Source of the DNA: Opitutales bacterium
GTDB lineage: Bacteria > Verrucomicrobiota > Verrucomicrobiia > Opitutales > JABSRG01
Assembly (NCBI GenBank): GCA_049599475.1
Contig: JBMYOQ010000020.1
Coordinates: 1 to 54,156, forward strand
DNA length: 54,156 bases
Reading direction: 5' to 3'
Positions 20,395-30,724 of this stretch are shown in pieces. Positions within the stretch are counted from its first letter, which is position 1. Each line of letters begins with the position of its first letter. Position numbers and translations under genes: made by a program. The notes below the pieces were generated by a model. That model did not search any database. It was given only the letters and a program-made list of their open reading frames with translations, and was not told the origin of the DNA.

Positions 20395-21882
20395 ATGGAC
20401 GAGGATTTTGCAAAACTTATTAATCAACTCCAAACCATTGCCTCTCTCCAGGAGGTAGACAGCCTCTTGGGTTGGGATGAGCAGGTAAATTTACCTGAGA
20501 AGTCCGCAGAGGCACGCGCTCAGCAAATGGCCGCCCTCGCCGACGTCTTACACGAACGGCAAACAAGTTCCCAACTGGGAAAACTTTTGGACACACTCAC
20601 AGAGAGTAACAACTTGTCCGAGGATCAAAAATCGGTAGTAGCGGAGGCACTCAAGGACTTCAAAGAGGAACAATGCTTGAGCCCCGAGTTTGTAGCACGC
20701 AGAGCCAGTGCCACAAGCAAGAGCTACCATGCATGGGCGGAAGCACATAAATCTGGAGATTTCGATGCTTTTGCCCCCTTTCTACAAGAGCAGATCGACC
20801 TAGCAAAGGAGTATGCCGAGCTCTGCGGTGCCACAGACGCATATGACTTCTGGATCGACAAACACGACCCGGGCATGGATCAGAAGTCAATTTCCAAGCT
20901 CTTTGAGCCTCTGCAGAGTGAGCTCGTGCCTTTGGTTCAGCAAATTTCGGAGTCTGGCATCAAAGCAGATCTGTCTATTTTCAAAGGTTTCCCTGCCGAT
21001 GCACAGGAAAGCTTTTTAAAACAAGTCATCTCCCGAATGGGCTTTGATTTCACGAAAGGCCGGCTCGATAAATCCATTCACCCATTCTGCTCGGGTTCCG
21101 GTGAGGATATTCGGATGACCACCCGTTTCTTCGAAGATAACCCCTTAGATTCTCTGTTTTCTTCGATTCACGAAGCGGGCCACGGCATGTATGAGCAAGG
21201 GCTACCTCGCAAGTGGTATGGCACAGCTCTGGGATCCGACGCTGGGATGGGAGCCCATGAGTCTCAAAGCCGTCTCTGGGAAAACCAGATAGCGCGCAGC
21301 CGAGCATTTTGGGAGTATTGGGAGCCACAATACCGCCAGACGTTTTCAGAGCAGCTAGGCTCCGTGAACTCCGAGACTCTATATCGCGCCATAAACGCTG
21401 TGCGCGTAATCCCTATTCGCGTAGATTCCGACGAAGTCACGTATAACCTTCACATCATCCTTCGATTCCGGTTCGAAAAAATGCTTTTCTCCGGAGAGAT
21501 TACTGTGAAGGAGCTGCCGGAAGCCTGGCGTGCACTCGCGCAGGAGCTCCTCGGTCTTAGTCTGAAGAATGACAAAGAGGGCTGCCTACAGGATGTTCAT
21601 TGGTCCGGCGGTGCGTTTGGTTATTTTCCCTCGTACACACTTGGCAATATGATGGCAGCCCAGCTTTGGTACGCCCTGCTTGCAGATATACCAGATATCG
21701 AGGCCCAAATCAGTCAGGGCGATTTCTCCGAGATTCTTGCTTGGCTCCGTAAAAATGTGCACGCACATGGACGTAAATACAAGCTCCCGGAGCTCACCCT
21801 ACGCTCGACGGGCGAGGCTCTGAGCCACACTGCCCTGATTCGCTATCTGAAAGAGCGCTACCTTCCGCTGTATTCAAAATAA
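20395..21882 (+). CDS. Carboxypeptidase, M32 (Taq) family
   Basis: HPF, DIRMTTR, HEAGH, HESQSR, IRVDSDE, GCLQDVHW, FGYFPSYTLG; likely start MDEDF (ORF open from 20338). Confidence 0.93.
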   Translation: MDEDFAKLINQLQTIASLQEVDSLLGWDEQVNLPEKSAEARAQQMAALADVLHERQTSSQLGKLLDTLTESNNLSEDQKSVVAEALKDFKEEQCLSPEFVARRASATSKSYHAWAEAHKSGDFDAFAPFLQEQIDLAKEYAELCGATDAYDFWIDKHDPGMDQKSISKLFEPLQSELVPLVQQISESGIKADLSIFKGFPADAQESFLKQVISRMGFDFTKGRLDKSIHPFCSGSGEDIRMTTRFFEDNPLDSLFSSIHEAGHGMYEQGLPRKWYGTALGSDAGMGAHESQSRLWENQIARSRAFWEYWEPQYRQTFSEQLGSVNSETLYRAINAVRVIPIRVDSDEVTYNLHIILRFRFEKMLFSGEITVKELPEAWRALAQELLGLSLKNDKEGCLQDVHWSGGAFGYFPSYTLGNMMAAQLWYALLADIPDIEAQISQGDFSEILAWLRKNVHAHGRKYKLPELTLRSTGEALSHTALIRYLKERYLPLYSK

Positions 21883-21995
21883 TCTGCCGGAGCCTGGATT
21901 CATTCCATAAAAGGAGCTAGCCCAAGAGGATTTTATCAAAAATAAAGATAACCCCTTGATTTGCTCCTTTTAATTCGGCTTCCTCGTCCTTCGAA

Positions 21996-22532
21996 ATGGG
22001 AGATACCGGAATTTACTCTACAGACATACACACCGCGATTGAGCGCATGGCTTCGGATATTTACGAGGCCCATAAAGATGTCGAAAATCTGGTGATAGTC
22101 GGCGTAGCCAATGGCGGAGTAGAGATAGCAAGGCGCATACACGCCATCGTCTCAGAGCGCCTGGGCCGCATTGTTGAATTTGGCGTGGTCGATATTACTT
22201 TCCATCGGGATGACATCATGCTCAGACCGATCACTCGCGACAGCTTGAATACCGCGATTGATGTGGACTTAGATGACGCGGCAGTAGTCCTTGTGGACGA
22301 CGTGTTATATAGCGGCCGTACGGTAAGGGCCGCACTGAACGAATGTTTCGACCAAGGCCGCCCTGATACCATCGAGCTGGCAGTCCTAGTCGACCGCGAA
22401 CCGCGCAAACTCCCGATATCCGCACGCTACATTGGATTCCACTATGAAGACCACCGTAGCGGCAAACTCGAAGTCTCACTGGATAGCGCCGATCCATCTC
22501 AAGACATTATCCGATTTCACGAAACAAAATGA
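21996..22532 (+). CDS. pyrR: PyrR-like uracil phosphoribosyltransferase/regulator
   Basis: DITFHRDD, VLVDDVLYSGRTVRAAL, LAVLVDR..RKLPI; overlaps the pyrB start. Confidence 0.9.
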   Translation: MGDTGIYSTDIHTAIERMASDIYEAHKDVENLVIVGVANGGVEIARRIHAIVSERLGRIVEFGVVDITFHRDDIMLRPITRDSLNTAIDVDLDDAAVVLVDDVLYSGRTVRAALNECFDQGRPDTIELAVLVDREPRKLPISARYIGFHYEDHRSGKLEVSLDSADPSQDIIRFHETK

Positions 22533-23485
22533 GCAACAGTGATGCAGTAACTTGGGACCGCAAGGACCTCGTCTCGATAGAAGATCTCTCGTCAGCAGAG
22601 ATCGAAATCATCCTCTCGATGGCAGAGGCTTTCAAAAACACCATGGGGCGTTCGCAAAAGAAGCTCCCTTCCCTGCGCGGTAAACAGGTGTTGAACCTTT
22701 TCCTCGAGCCCAGCACCCGCACTCGCGTAGCTTTCGAAACTGCTGCTACCCGGCTCAGTGCAGATGTCATAGACATGCAAGGCTCGTCCAGTAGCACTGT
22801 AAAAGGCGAGACTTTGATGGATACGGTAAGGGTGATCGAGGCCCTCAACGTGGACATGATCGTCATTCGCCACTCGGCACCCGGAAGCGCTCTCTTCGTC
22901 TCAAATTGCGTAGATATTCCCGTCATCAACGGGGGCGACGGTGCCCACGAGCACCCCACCCAGGCTCTGCTCGACGTCTTTACACTACGCGAACGCCTCG
23001 GCGACCTAGAGGGCAAAAAGGTAACGATCTTAGGAGACATTTTGCATTCCAGAGTCGCCCGATCCAACATCTGGGCACTCACGAAACTCGGTGCAGAAGT
23101 CACCGTAGCAGGCCCTCCGACACTGGTCCCAGAGAGCTTTCAGAGCATGGGTGCTGAGATTTCTCACGATTTGAAATCCGCACTTTCGGATGCCGATGCT
23201 GTTATGCTGCTACGCATTCAAATGGAGCGTCAAAATGCCACTCACTTCCCCTCACTTGGCGAGTATCGAGCCCTCTATGGCCTGGATATGGCACGTTCCG
23301 GCTGGCTCAAACCAGGCGCGTTGATCATGCACCCAGGTCCCATCAATCGCGGGATCGAAATCGACGCAAAACTCGCCGATGCCCAACAATCTTTAATTTT
23401 GGACCAAGTGAGAAACGGAGTCGCGGTCCGCATGGCTTCTTTGTATCTCTGCGCAGCTGCACACGCCCGCCTCAAGAAGTCCTAA
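22529..23485 (+). CDS. pyrB: Aspartate carbamoyltransferase catalytic subunit
   Basis: FLEPSTRTR, KGETLMDT, HEHPTQALLD, GDILHSRVARSN, RIQMER, MHPGPINRG. Confidence 0.97.
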   Translation: MSNSDAVTWDRKDLVSIEDLSSAEIEIILSMAEAFKNTMGRSQKKLPSLRGKQVLNLFLEPSTRTRVAFETAATRLSADVIDMQGSSSSTVKGETLMDTVRVIEALNVDMIVIRHSAPGSALFVSNCVDIPVINGGDGAHEHPTQALLDVFTLRERLGDLEGKKVTILGDILHSRVARSNIWALTKLGAEVTVAGPPTLVPESFQSMGAEISHDLKSALSDADAVMLLRIQMERQNATHFPSLGEYRALYGLDMARSGWLKPGALIMHPGPINRGIEIDAKLADAQQSLILDQVRNGVAVRMASLYLCAAAHARLKKS

Positions 23486-23505
23486 ATTGCTGAACAATTA
23501 CAAAT

Positions 23506-24798
23506 ATGAGCAAAGCTTTAATCATCGAAAATGGGACCATCATCGACCCAAAGAATGGCCGCGAAGAACAGGCCTCATTGCTGGTCTTGAATGGACGCGT
23601 GGTCGAAACGCTGACCGATAAACAGCGCGAGAATGCCGAGGTGATCAATGCCGAGGGCCTTTTGATAACACCAGGCCTCATCGACATCCACGTCCACTTT
23701 CGCGAGCCTGGCCAGACCCACAAAGAAGATATCGAGTCCGGATCGCGCGCGGCAGCCGCCGGTGGATTCACTACGGTCGTCTGCATGCCAAACACATCGC
23801 CTGTTTGCGACAGCGCAGGAACGATCCGCCAAATCAAGGAAAGCATCCAGGAAAAAGCCATTGTTAATGTCCATACCACCGGCTGTCTTACCAAAGGAAT
23901 GGCTGGAGACGAGATGGCACCTATCGGAGCCCTTGCGAAAGCGGGCGTTGTCGCGGTGACCGATGATGGTAAATGTGTGCAGGACAACGAGCTCATGCGT
24001 TCAGTAATGACTTACGCAAAAATGTTTGATCTGCCTATCATGGATCACTGCCAGGACGATGCTCTGACGCGCGGATCAGTGATGAATGAAGGCGAGATGT
24101 CCACCAAGCTAGGGCTTAAAGGATGGCCCAAGGAAGCAGAGGATATTATTGTGGCGCGCAATGCTATACTTTCACGCACGACCGGAGCCCATATTCACTG
24201 CCAACACCTTTCGAGCGCGGCTTCGGTTGAGATTATCCGAAAAGCAAAGAAAGACGGCGTTCGCATTACCGGGGAGGCATCTCCGCACCACATTACCCTG
24301 GAGGATAGTAATTTAGAGGAATACAGCACGGCCTTTAAAATGAATCCGCCGCTGCGCACCGAGGCTGACCGCGAGGCCCTAATCGAAGGTCTTTTGGACG
24401 GCACGATCGACTGCATCGCGACGGACCACGCGCCGCATGCCGACTACGAAAAAGCTGTCGAATTCACCAACGCCCCTTTCGGAATTATCGGACTGGAGAC
24501 TTCGTTTGCCATAAGCCATGAGACCTTGGTGGCCTCTGGCAGATGTTCTATCTCAGATCTTATCGCGCTGATGACGTACAAAGGCGCAGACCTTATCAAC
24601 TTAGACCGGGGCCATCTCTCAGTCGGTGCAGTTGCCGACATTGCACTGATCGACCCGAGTGAACAATGGACCGTGGATCGCGATACGCTGAAGGGCAAGT
24701 CCACCAATTCACCATGGCTGGGGCAAACACTCACCGGCCGTGTTCGGACAACGATCGTTGAAGGACAGACCGTCTTCAAAGACGGCTTTTTCCTGTAA
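23506..24798 (+). CDS. pyrC: Dihydroorotase (type I)
   Basis: DIHVHFREPG, GGFTTVVCMPNT, KMNPPLR, IATDHAPH, FGIIGLET. Confidence 0.95.
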   Translation: MSKALIIENGTIIDPKNGREEQASLLVLNGRVVETLTDKQRENAEVINAEGLLITPGLIDIHVHFREPGQTHKEDIESGSRAAAAGGFTTVVCMPNTSPVCDSAGTIRQIKESIQEKAIVNVHTTGCLTKGMAGDEMAPIGALAKAGVVAVTDDGKCVQDNELMRSVMTYAKMFDLPIMDHCQDDALTRGSVMNEGEMSTKLGLKGWPKEAEDIIVARNAILSRTTGAHIHCQHLSSAASVEIIRKAKKDGVRITGEASPHHITLEDSNLEEYSTAFKMNPPLRTEADREALIEGLLDGTIDCIATDHAPHADYEKAVEFTNAPFGIIGLETSFAISHETLVASGRCSISDLIALMTYKGADLINLDRGHLSVGAVADIALIDPSEQWTVDRDTLKGKSTNSPWLGQTLTGRVRTTIVEGQTVFKDGFFL

Positions 24799-24810
24799 GC
24801 ACACCCCTTG

Positions 24811-25644
24811 ATGAATCTGGAGCAGAAGATAGCGTTGACCGTTTTATTGACGGGCAGCGCTATTGCCTGGCTGGGCTCGAAGAGCATGCGACAACGTAGT
24901 GCTCCCCCGCCCCCATTGAAAGTCTCCTGGCTGGATTACCTCATCTTCCTCTGGGTGTTTCTCATGCTCTTTGTTGGAGTCCAGACACTCATGCAATTTA
25001 TGCTCGCCGGGGAAGGCTCCGGAGAGGCAGCCACGTTCTCAAGTGAGGAGTGGACGCTCGTCTTGAGCAGCCTCAGCCTTCAGATTCCGATGCTCGGCGT
25101 GATGCTGGTCGCCTATTCTGCGCACAAACTTCCCTTTTTCCACGCAGACGTAAACAGCACGGCGACCGTGATTCTGAGGGAAGCCCTTTTCGGGGTGAGG
25201 GCTTTCATAATGTGCCTTCCAATCATCTGGGTCATCGCATCCGTCTGGAACGTAATACTCGAGGCCACCTACAAGCTCTACACGAACGAGGAGCTTGAGA
25301 GCCAGGCAATCGTGACCACCGTAAGTGGGAGTCAAGACCTGGTCCCTATCGTAATTCTGACGCTCCTCGGTATTATTATGGCCCCGATAGCGGAGGAACT
25401 CTTTTTCCGCGGAAGCATTTATCGCTTCCTTCGAGATACGAGCGGGAAAGCAAAAGGAGCAGCGATCAGCGCCCTCATTTTTGCCATCATGCACGCCAAT
25501 ATGAAAGCCATGATACCCCTCTTCGTTGTCGGCATCTGCCTTGCCTGGGTATATGAACGCCGTGGTAACATCTGGGCACCTATCGCATTTCATATGGCTT
25601 TCAATACGCAGAGTTTCATTTTCATATACCTCCAGCGCATTTAG
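24811..25644 (+). CDS. CPBP (Abi/CAAX) family intramembrane glutamic endopeptidase
   Basis: APIAEELFFRG, FAIMH, HMAFN; many TM segments. Confidence 0.9.
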   Translation: MNLEQKIALTVLLTGSAIAWLGSKSMRQRSAPPPPLKVSWLDYLIFLWVFLMLFVGVQTLMQFMLAGEGSGEAATFSSEEWTLVLSSLSLQIPMLGVMLVAYSAHKLPFFHADVNSTATVILREALFGVRAFIMCLPIIWVIASVWNVILEATYKLYTNEELESQAIVTTVSGSQDLVPIVILTLLGIIMAPIAEELFFRGSIYRFLRDTSGKAKGAAISALIFAIMHANMKAMIPLFVVGICLAWVYERRGNIWAPIAFHMAFNTQSFIFIYLQRI

Positions 25645-25751
25645 AAAATCCTCGCCCTTTATGCGCTAGACGCGAATAAAACCCGTCTTTCGAAGCTTTC
25701 ACTTGCAGAGCTAAAGTGGAGTCTACACGTTTATGATAGACCTTTGTTCTC

Positions 25752-28289
25752 GTGGAGAAGCTCGAAATCCAACTAAAAATTCCAGACCTCTGGCAGCAAG
25801 AGGCACTGCGGTATTTAAAGGATGGATGCGATGTGGTGGTAGACGCACCTACCGGGGCCGGCAAGACCTACGTGTTTGAGCTGTTTGTTGAAGATGGCCT
25901 CCATGGACAAGCGATTTATACCGTGCCCACGCGCGCCCTGGCCAACGACAAATACGAAGAATGGAAATCGGCAGGCCTAAACGTCGGCATCATGACCGGC
26001 GATCTGGCAGACAACACCGATGCACCAGTCGTTGTCGCGACACTGGAAACTCAACGCGACCGCCTCATTCACGGCGATGGTCCCGCGCTCTTGGTGATCG
26101 ACGAGTATCAAATGATCGGAGACCGCAATCGTGGCGTTAATTACGAAATCGCCATCGCGATGGCTCCACCGACTACCCAACTTTTGCTTTTTAGCGGAAG
26201 CGTCGGGAACCCCAAAAAAGTCGTCCGCTGGTTTCAAAAAATTCAGCGGGATGCTCGACTGGTTTCGACAAAACACCGCCCAATTCCCCAAGATGAAGTG
26301 TTTTTTGATGCGCTCCCCGATCATGGCTCGAGGAACATCCGAGGCTATTGGCCTCGCCGTATTGCCAAAGCCCTCGACAACGACCTAGGGCCCATACTTG
26401 TCTTTTGTGCTCACCGCAAAGCGGCTGAAGACCTGGCAAAAGATCTCTGCAATCAATTACCGGAAGATGTCCCACTCGTCCTTACACCAGAGCAAAAACA
26501 ACTTGCAGGCCAGGAACTCACGCGATTGCTCAAAGCGCGAATCGCCTTTCACCATAGCGGACTTTCCTATCAACAGCGAGCCGGACTCGTTGAGCCGCTC
26601 GCGAAGAATGGTCAACTAAGGGTTATCGTGGCAACCAACGGTCTCGGAGCAGGAATCAATTTCTGCATGCGATCCGTGACCATCACGTCGCGAGAATATC
26701 GAGTCGGTGAGACTTCGGTGAATCTGCGCCCCGACGAACTTTTGCAAATGTTTGGCAGAGCCGGACGGCGTGGAATGGACGATCGAGGCTACGTGCTCAC
26801 CGCCCCAGGCAAACCACGATTGACGGAGGCCGTCCCCCTGCATTTAAGACGCCGCAACCAGGTGGACTGGGCAATCTTTTTGCATTTAATGGCACGTGCC
26901 CAAGAAAAAGGGATTTTGCCTTACGAAGAAACACAACGGCTTACCGCCCGCCTATTTTCTGACCAGCGCATCCCCCTTGGGCTTGTAGAATTCATTAAGA
27001 AAAATAAGCACGCGAGCCCAGATGAGGGATCAAAACGAGCCGACGCCGAAGCAGCCGAGAAGCATTTGGATCGACGTTCCGTTATCGAGATTTCTAATAG
27101 CAAAGGGATCTGGGAACGACGCAGAGCCCCAATCAAAGCACGCTTGAAAGATACCCTTTTCTTAGATCGCGAGCGGTGGATTCCTGCGCTCCAATCTTCT
27201 AAAACTCTGTCGGGTATCAACATCGGGATGCCTACCAAACTGAGAAAAGGCAAAGACCCGCTTTACGGCAGGATTCTACCAGTAGCCCAGGTGAATTACG
27301 ATCAGGGACCCAAAGCGCTTTTGCTCTATGCTAAATTCAGGAAGACACTCTCTTCCTATTTTAGCAAAACGCGCAATCGGACCATTCATCCGCCCAAACG
27401 CTGGGAACTCGACGACTTTGAGCGAGAAATTCTCTCAATCATGCCTGCGCTGACAAATGGAGGGCGCGCCGTCAATTACAACGAGCGAAATGGAGTCCTC
27501 TACGTCACCCTCGACTATAGTGATGCCTATATCTTTGCCTGGAAGGACGCTCAAGGGGCCCTCCTAATCAACCCCACGATGCGCAAGCGCGTTCACGCAT
27601 CATTGGACGAATTGAGGATGCCCAAAAAAGAGGAGCTGTCAGGAACGCTATCTCGAAAGCCCCTTCCTCAGGAAACTGAAGGTTCGAAGGGCAGCTTAAG
27701 TCCCGCAGAAATTTGGTTTAGGCTTCGATTGATCGATAACAAAGCGCGCCCGACGCGCCGCGGCGCCATCGCTAGTTTTTTCCAACACGGCGAAGGCCTC
27801 GCCATCGCTGCTGCCCTCGAAGACGATGCATTCAATTACGATGACCTGATTTTCGAAATAGCAAACATTCGAGCAGGGCACCGATTTGATGCACTGGCAA
27901 ACACTTCAGATAGGATGCGCTTTGTCTGCCGCGAGGCCTATCGATCAGCGACCTATGAGGGGTATTTAAACAAGGGTTTGCCCATTGAATACGGAGACGG
28001 AGCAGCGGAAGTCATGCGGGAGCTGACAGCGAACCCGCACGGAAAATCAACAACATTTAGCGATGTACTTAGTCCCGGCGATATCGAGCGCGCCTGCCTA
28101 GAATGGCGGAGTATGTTGTTCCATATAGCAAGTGCACCTGAGTTTCCTTGGAAGCGCTGGACCGAATTTCAAGAAGCAGTAAACACCTTCATCGAGAAGC
28201 ACCTTTTCTCCTCTGCCCGAGAGACGCCTCCTCCCCTGACGGCCGCTCAAAATGTGCGTGCCTACGAAAATGGCCAGGGGCTCTTTTGA
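25752..28289 (+). CDS. SF2 Ski2-like DEAD/DEAH-box helicase
   Basis: APTGAGKT, PTRALANDK, DEYQ, FHHSGL, QMFGRAGRRGMD. Confidence 0.88.
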   Translation: MEKLEIQLKIPDLWQQEALRYLKDGCDVVVDAPTGAGKTYVFELFVEDGLHGQAIYTVPTRALANDKYEEWKSAGLNVGIMTGDLADNTDAPVVVATLETQRDRLIHGDGPALLVIDEYQMIGDRNRGVNYEIAIAMAPPTTQLLLFSGSVGNPKKVVRWFQKIQRDARLVSTKHRPIPQDEVFFDALPDHGSRNIRGYWPRRIAKALDNDLGPILVFCAHRKAAEDLAKDLCNQLPEDVPLVLTPEQKQLAGQELTRLLKARIAFHHSGLSYQQRAGLVEPLAKNGQLRVIVATNGLGAGINFCMRSVTITSREYRVGETSVNLRPDELLQMFGRAGRRGMDDRGYVLTAPGKPRLTEAVPLHLRRRNQVDWAIFLHLMARAQEKGILPYEETQRLTARLFSDQRIPLGLVEFIKKNKHASPDEGSKRADAEAAEKHLDRRSVIEISNSKGIWERRRAPIKARLKDTLFLDRERWIPALQSSKTLSGINIGMPTKLRKGKDPLYGRILPVAQVNYDQGPKALLLYAKFRKTLSSYFSKTRNRTIHPPKRWELDDFEREILSIMPALTNGGRAVNYNERNGVLYVTLDYSDAYIFAWKDAQGALLINPTMRKRVHASLDELRMPKKEELSGTLSRKPLPQETEGSKGSLSPAEIWFRLRLIDNKARPTRRGAIASFFQHGEGLAIAAALEDDAFNYDDLIFEIANIRAGHRFDALANTSDRMRFVCREAYRSATYEGYLNKGLPIEYGDGAAEVMRELTANPHGKSTTFSDVLSPGDIERACLEWRSMLFHIASAPEFPWKRWTEFQEAVNTFIEKHLFSSARETPPPLTAAQNVRAYENGQGLF

Positions 28290-28351
28290 TACGGATAATC
28301 CCAGAGTAGAACCACCTCGGAAAGGAGATGAGATATCCTTGGCCCGAATCC

Positions 28352-28945
28352 CTACACCCACATAGGAGGGTTTTGGCAATCCGGTTTCAAAACCCCAATA
28401 AACGGGAGATTCCGATATTTCTCCGAGTAATCAATCCCGTAGCCTACCACGCATTCATCGGGGATATCAAAGCCGACGATATCCGCCAAAAACGGAGAAG
28501 TCTGGCGGCCCTTTTTACGCAAGAGAACGCATGTTTTGATTTCTCCGGCCCCCAGTCCCTTCAAGGCAGCGACGACCTTTTGCAGAGTCAGACCGGTATC
28601 CAGGATATCATCAATAAGGAGAACCTTCCTATTTTTGATATTTATATGCACCTGACTCGCGATCTCTTCCTCACTGAACGTGTGCGCACCATCCTTGTAA
28701 TTCGAAATGTGCAAACAATCCAATTGGATCGGTATAGAAATGGCACGCATCAGATCCGCGGTAAAAACAACTGCGCCATTTACGATCGAAATTAAAATAA
28801 TCTCTTCCCCGCGATAGTTGCTATTCAATTGGAGACCGATCTCAGCAATGCGACGCTTGATCGAATCTTCACTCACAAGAATATCCTCAAGGTCTTCCAA
28901 CATAGAAGACTGAGCGGGACCGTATGGAGAATTAGATGATGTCAC
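28352..28945 (-). CDS. hpt: Hypoxanthine phosphoribosyltransferase
   Basis: GAVVFTADL, LLIDDILDTGLTL, VVGYGIDYSEKYRNLPFIG; start may be 28903. Confidence 0.92.
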   Translation of the reverse strand: MTSSNSPYGPAQSSMLEDLEDILVSEDSIKRRIAEIGLQLNSNYRGEEIILISIVNGAVVFTADLMRAISIPIQLDCLHISNYKDGAHTFSEEEIASQVHINIKNRKVLLIDDILDTGLTLQKVVAALKGLGAGEIKTCVLLRKKGRQTSPFLADIVGFDIPDECVVGYGIDYSEKYRNLPFIGVLKPDCQNPPMWV

Positions 28946-29097
28946 TTAACGTTCTTATAAATAATGGCTTATCAAATCTTCAAGCCATTAATATAGACCT
29001 ACCCACCGCTATAATGACTCGCTTCGACCTAAAGTAGCATTCCTTGAACCTATTTGCCGATACGGTGTATCCTAGCAGCAAAAAACTGCCAAATCCC

Positions 29098-30486
29098 TTA
29101 AGCAGCAGCTTCGGGATCTGTGGAAACCAAGTCCGGATATAGGAGCTCTTCACCGGCCGCATAAAACGAAGCGACGGAGAGGCTCGAATCCTTGGAGGAT
29201 CTCTGGATAAAACGATTCTGGATGCCGCAAAGGAAGGACTTCAGTAAAGTCGAACCCTCTTGATTGCGTGAGCGTTCGACAATGTCCACAGCCTCGCCAG
29301 AAATGCATTTTGCCAGCTCATCCGCCCCGATCGGCACATCGTCACCAATACTCACCACCTTAAATAGGGCCAAAGACAACTCACTGTAATTGCCCTTCCA
29401 CTCAGTATTGAGCACCAAATTAATAGCGTCTGCTTCGAACTCATGGCGTTTACTCCGCTTCAAACGGCGAGCATAGCTTTGAGCGAACTGAGATGCGTAA
29501 GTGGCAAGATCTGGTAGACGCTCAGAAAGCGGCGGGATCTCGACAACATTCTTCGCGCAAAATTTGCGAATGTTAGCACTCTGAAGCTCCAGAAACTGAT
29601 CCCAAGACTCGTCACTAAACCAATAAAGGAAGGTCAACTCTCTTGAGCCACTCGAATACTGATGCGCTGTTTCGATATGGCGATTCAATGCCGAGATGTG
29701 TTGGTCCAATTGCTTGCTTTGGCAATCGATGACAACGAGTTCGTTTAGTTTCGAATTCTTAGCCAGGTCGTCTAGGCGATCCTTGTGGGACGGATCGGAG
29801 AGTTCGGAGATATTGATGAAATTGAGTGGCACTTCATCGAATCCCTTCCAATTTGAAAGTTCCCAGGCAAATTGAAGAGCATCTCCCCCCGTAGGCACCT
29901 TAAAAAACAACTGATTCAAAGAGCGCGAGGCGTCCCACAATCTTTGAAGACTACGCTTTGTAGCAAGAGAATGCGCAGTCAGGTGCTTCAAATGGGTTGG
30001 AAAAGTAAAAACTGAATGGGGGTCGTGCGCGAGTGCCAATTCCCCTTCCTCTTCTTCGATGCTTTCATCAGAAGAAAGAGCTTCGATATTTTTACCGCGA
30101 GCTCTCGGAAGATACTTGTTTACATGGCTTAGGAACGCGGAGGTCACCGTTGGTTTCTGCAGCACCGATGTAATCCCCATGTTCACCGCTCGCTGAAGCT
30201 CAGGTGTGTGCATCATTCCCGAAATAATGATGATCGGGATAGAAAGACCGGCCGCTCTAATCTTCTCAACGAGCTGGACACCGTTCAGTCCAGGCATCTG
30301 GTAATCGGTAACGATCAGCCGATAATCGTTCTCAAGAATCACATCCAGCGCTTCCTTAGAATCCGTAAACATGTCAGTAGCATAGTTATGCTGACGTAAG
30401 ATACCGTACAGCATCTCAGCATACATAGCTTCATCATCCACAACGAGGACTCGTCCGCGCGCGGAATTTTCTGACAGATTATTCAT
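29098..30486 (-). CDS. Response regulator: intact receiver plus degenerate sigma54-activator-like AAA+ region
   Basis: VLVVDDE, TDYQMPGLNG, ISG, QKP; IPPLSERLPDL and WKGNYSEL remnants; no Walker A or GAFTGA. Confidence 0.75.
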   Translation of the reverse strand: MNNLSENSARGRVLVVDDEAMYAEMLYGILRQHNYATDMFTDSKEALDVILENDYRLIVTDYQMPGLNGVQLVEKIRAAGLSIPIIIISGMMHTPELQRAVNMGITSVLQKPTVTSAFLSHVNKYLPRARGKNIEALSSDESIEEEEGELALAHDPHSVFTFPTHLKHLTAHSLATKRSLQRLWDASRSLNQLFFKVPTGGDALQFAWELSNWKGFDEVPLNFINISELSDPSHKDRLDDLAKNSKLNELVVIDCQSKQLDQHISALNRHIETAHQYSSGSRELTFLYWFSDESWDQFLELQSANIRKFCAKNVVEIPPLSERLPDLATYASQFAQSYARRLKRSKRHEFEADAINLVLNTEWKGNYSELSLALFKVVSIGDDVPIGADELAKCISGEAVDIVERSRNQEGSTLLKSFLCGIQNRFIQRSSKDSSLSVASFYAAGEELLYPDLVSTDPEAAA

Positions 30487-30724
30487 TAGAAGGAAGTAAC
30501 TCGTTACACTAAACGGATAACAATATGAACACTATATATGCAATTCGTGTCAAAAATCTAGAAAAACCGTCTAAAAGCAAAAACTGTAACCAATATAACA
30601 ATTCATGACATACCTACTCTTCAACCCATTAAGGGATTGCCTTAAATGACGGAATGTATAAATTCATATAACACTTTTTGAGGAAATTCCCCAAACGTCC
30701 TCCCACCCATCCTCCTTACCTCAC

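Noticed and set aside
22507..24887. Antisense ORFs over pyrB and pyrC
   Set aside because: Shadows of well-supported genes
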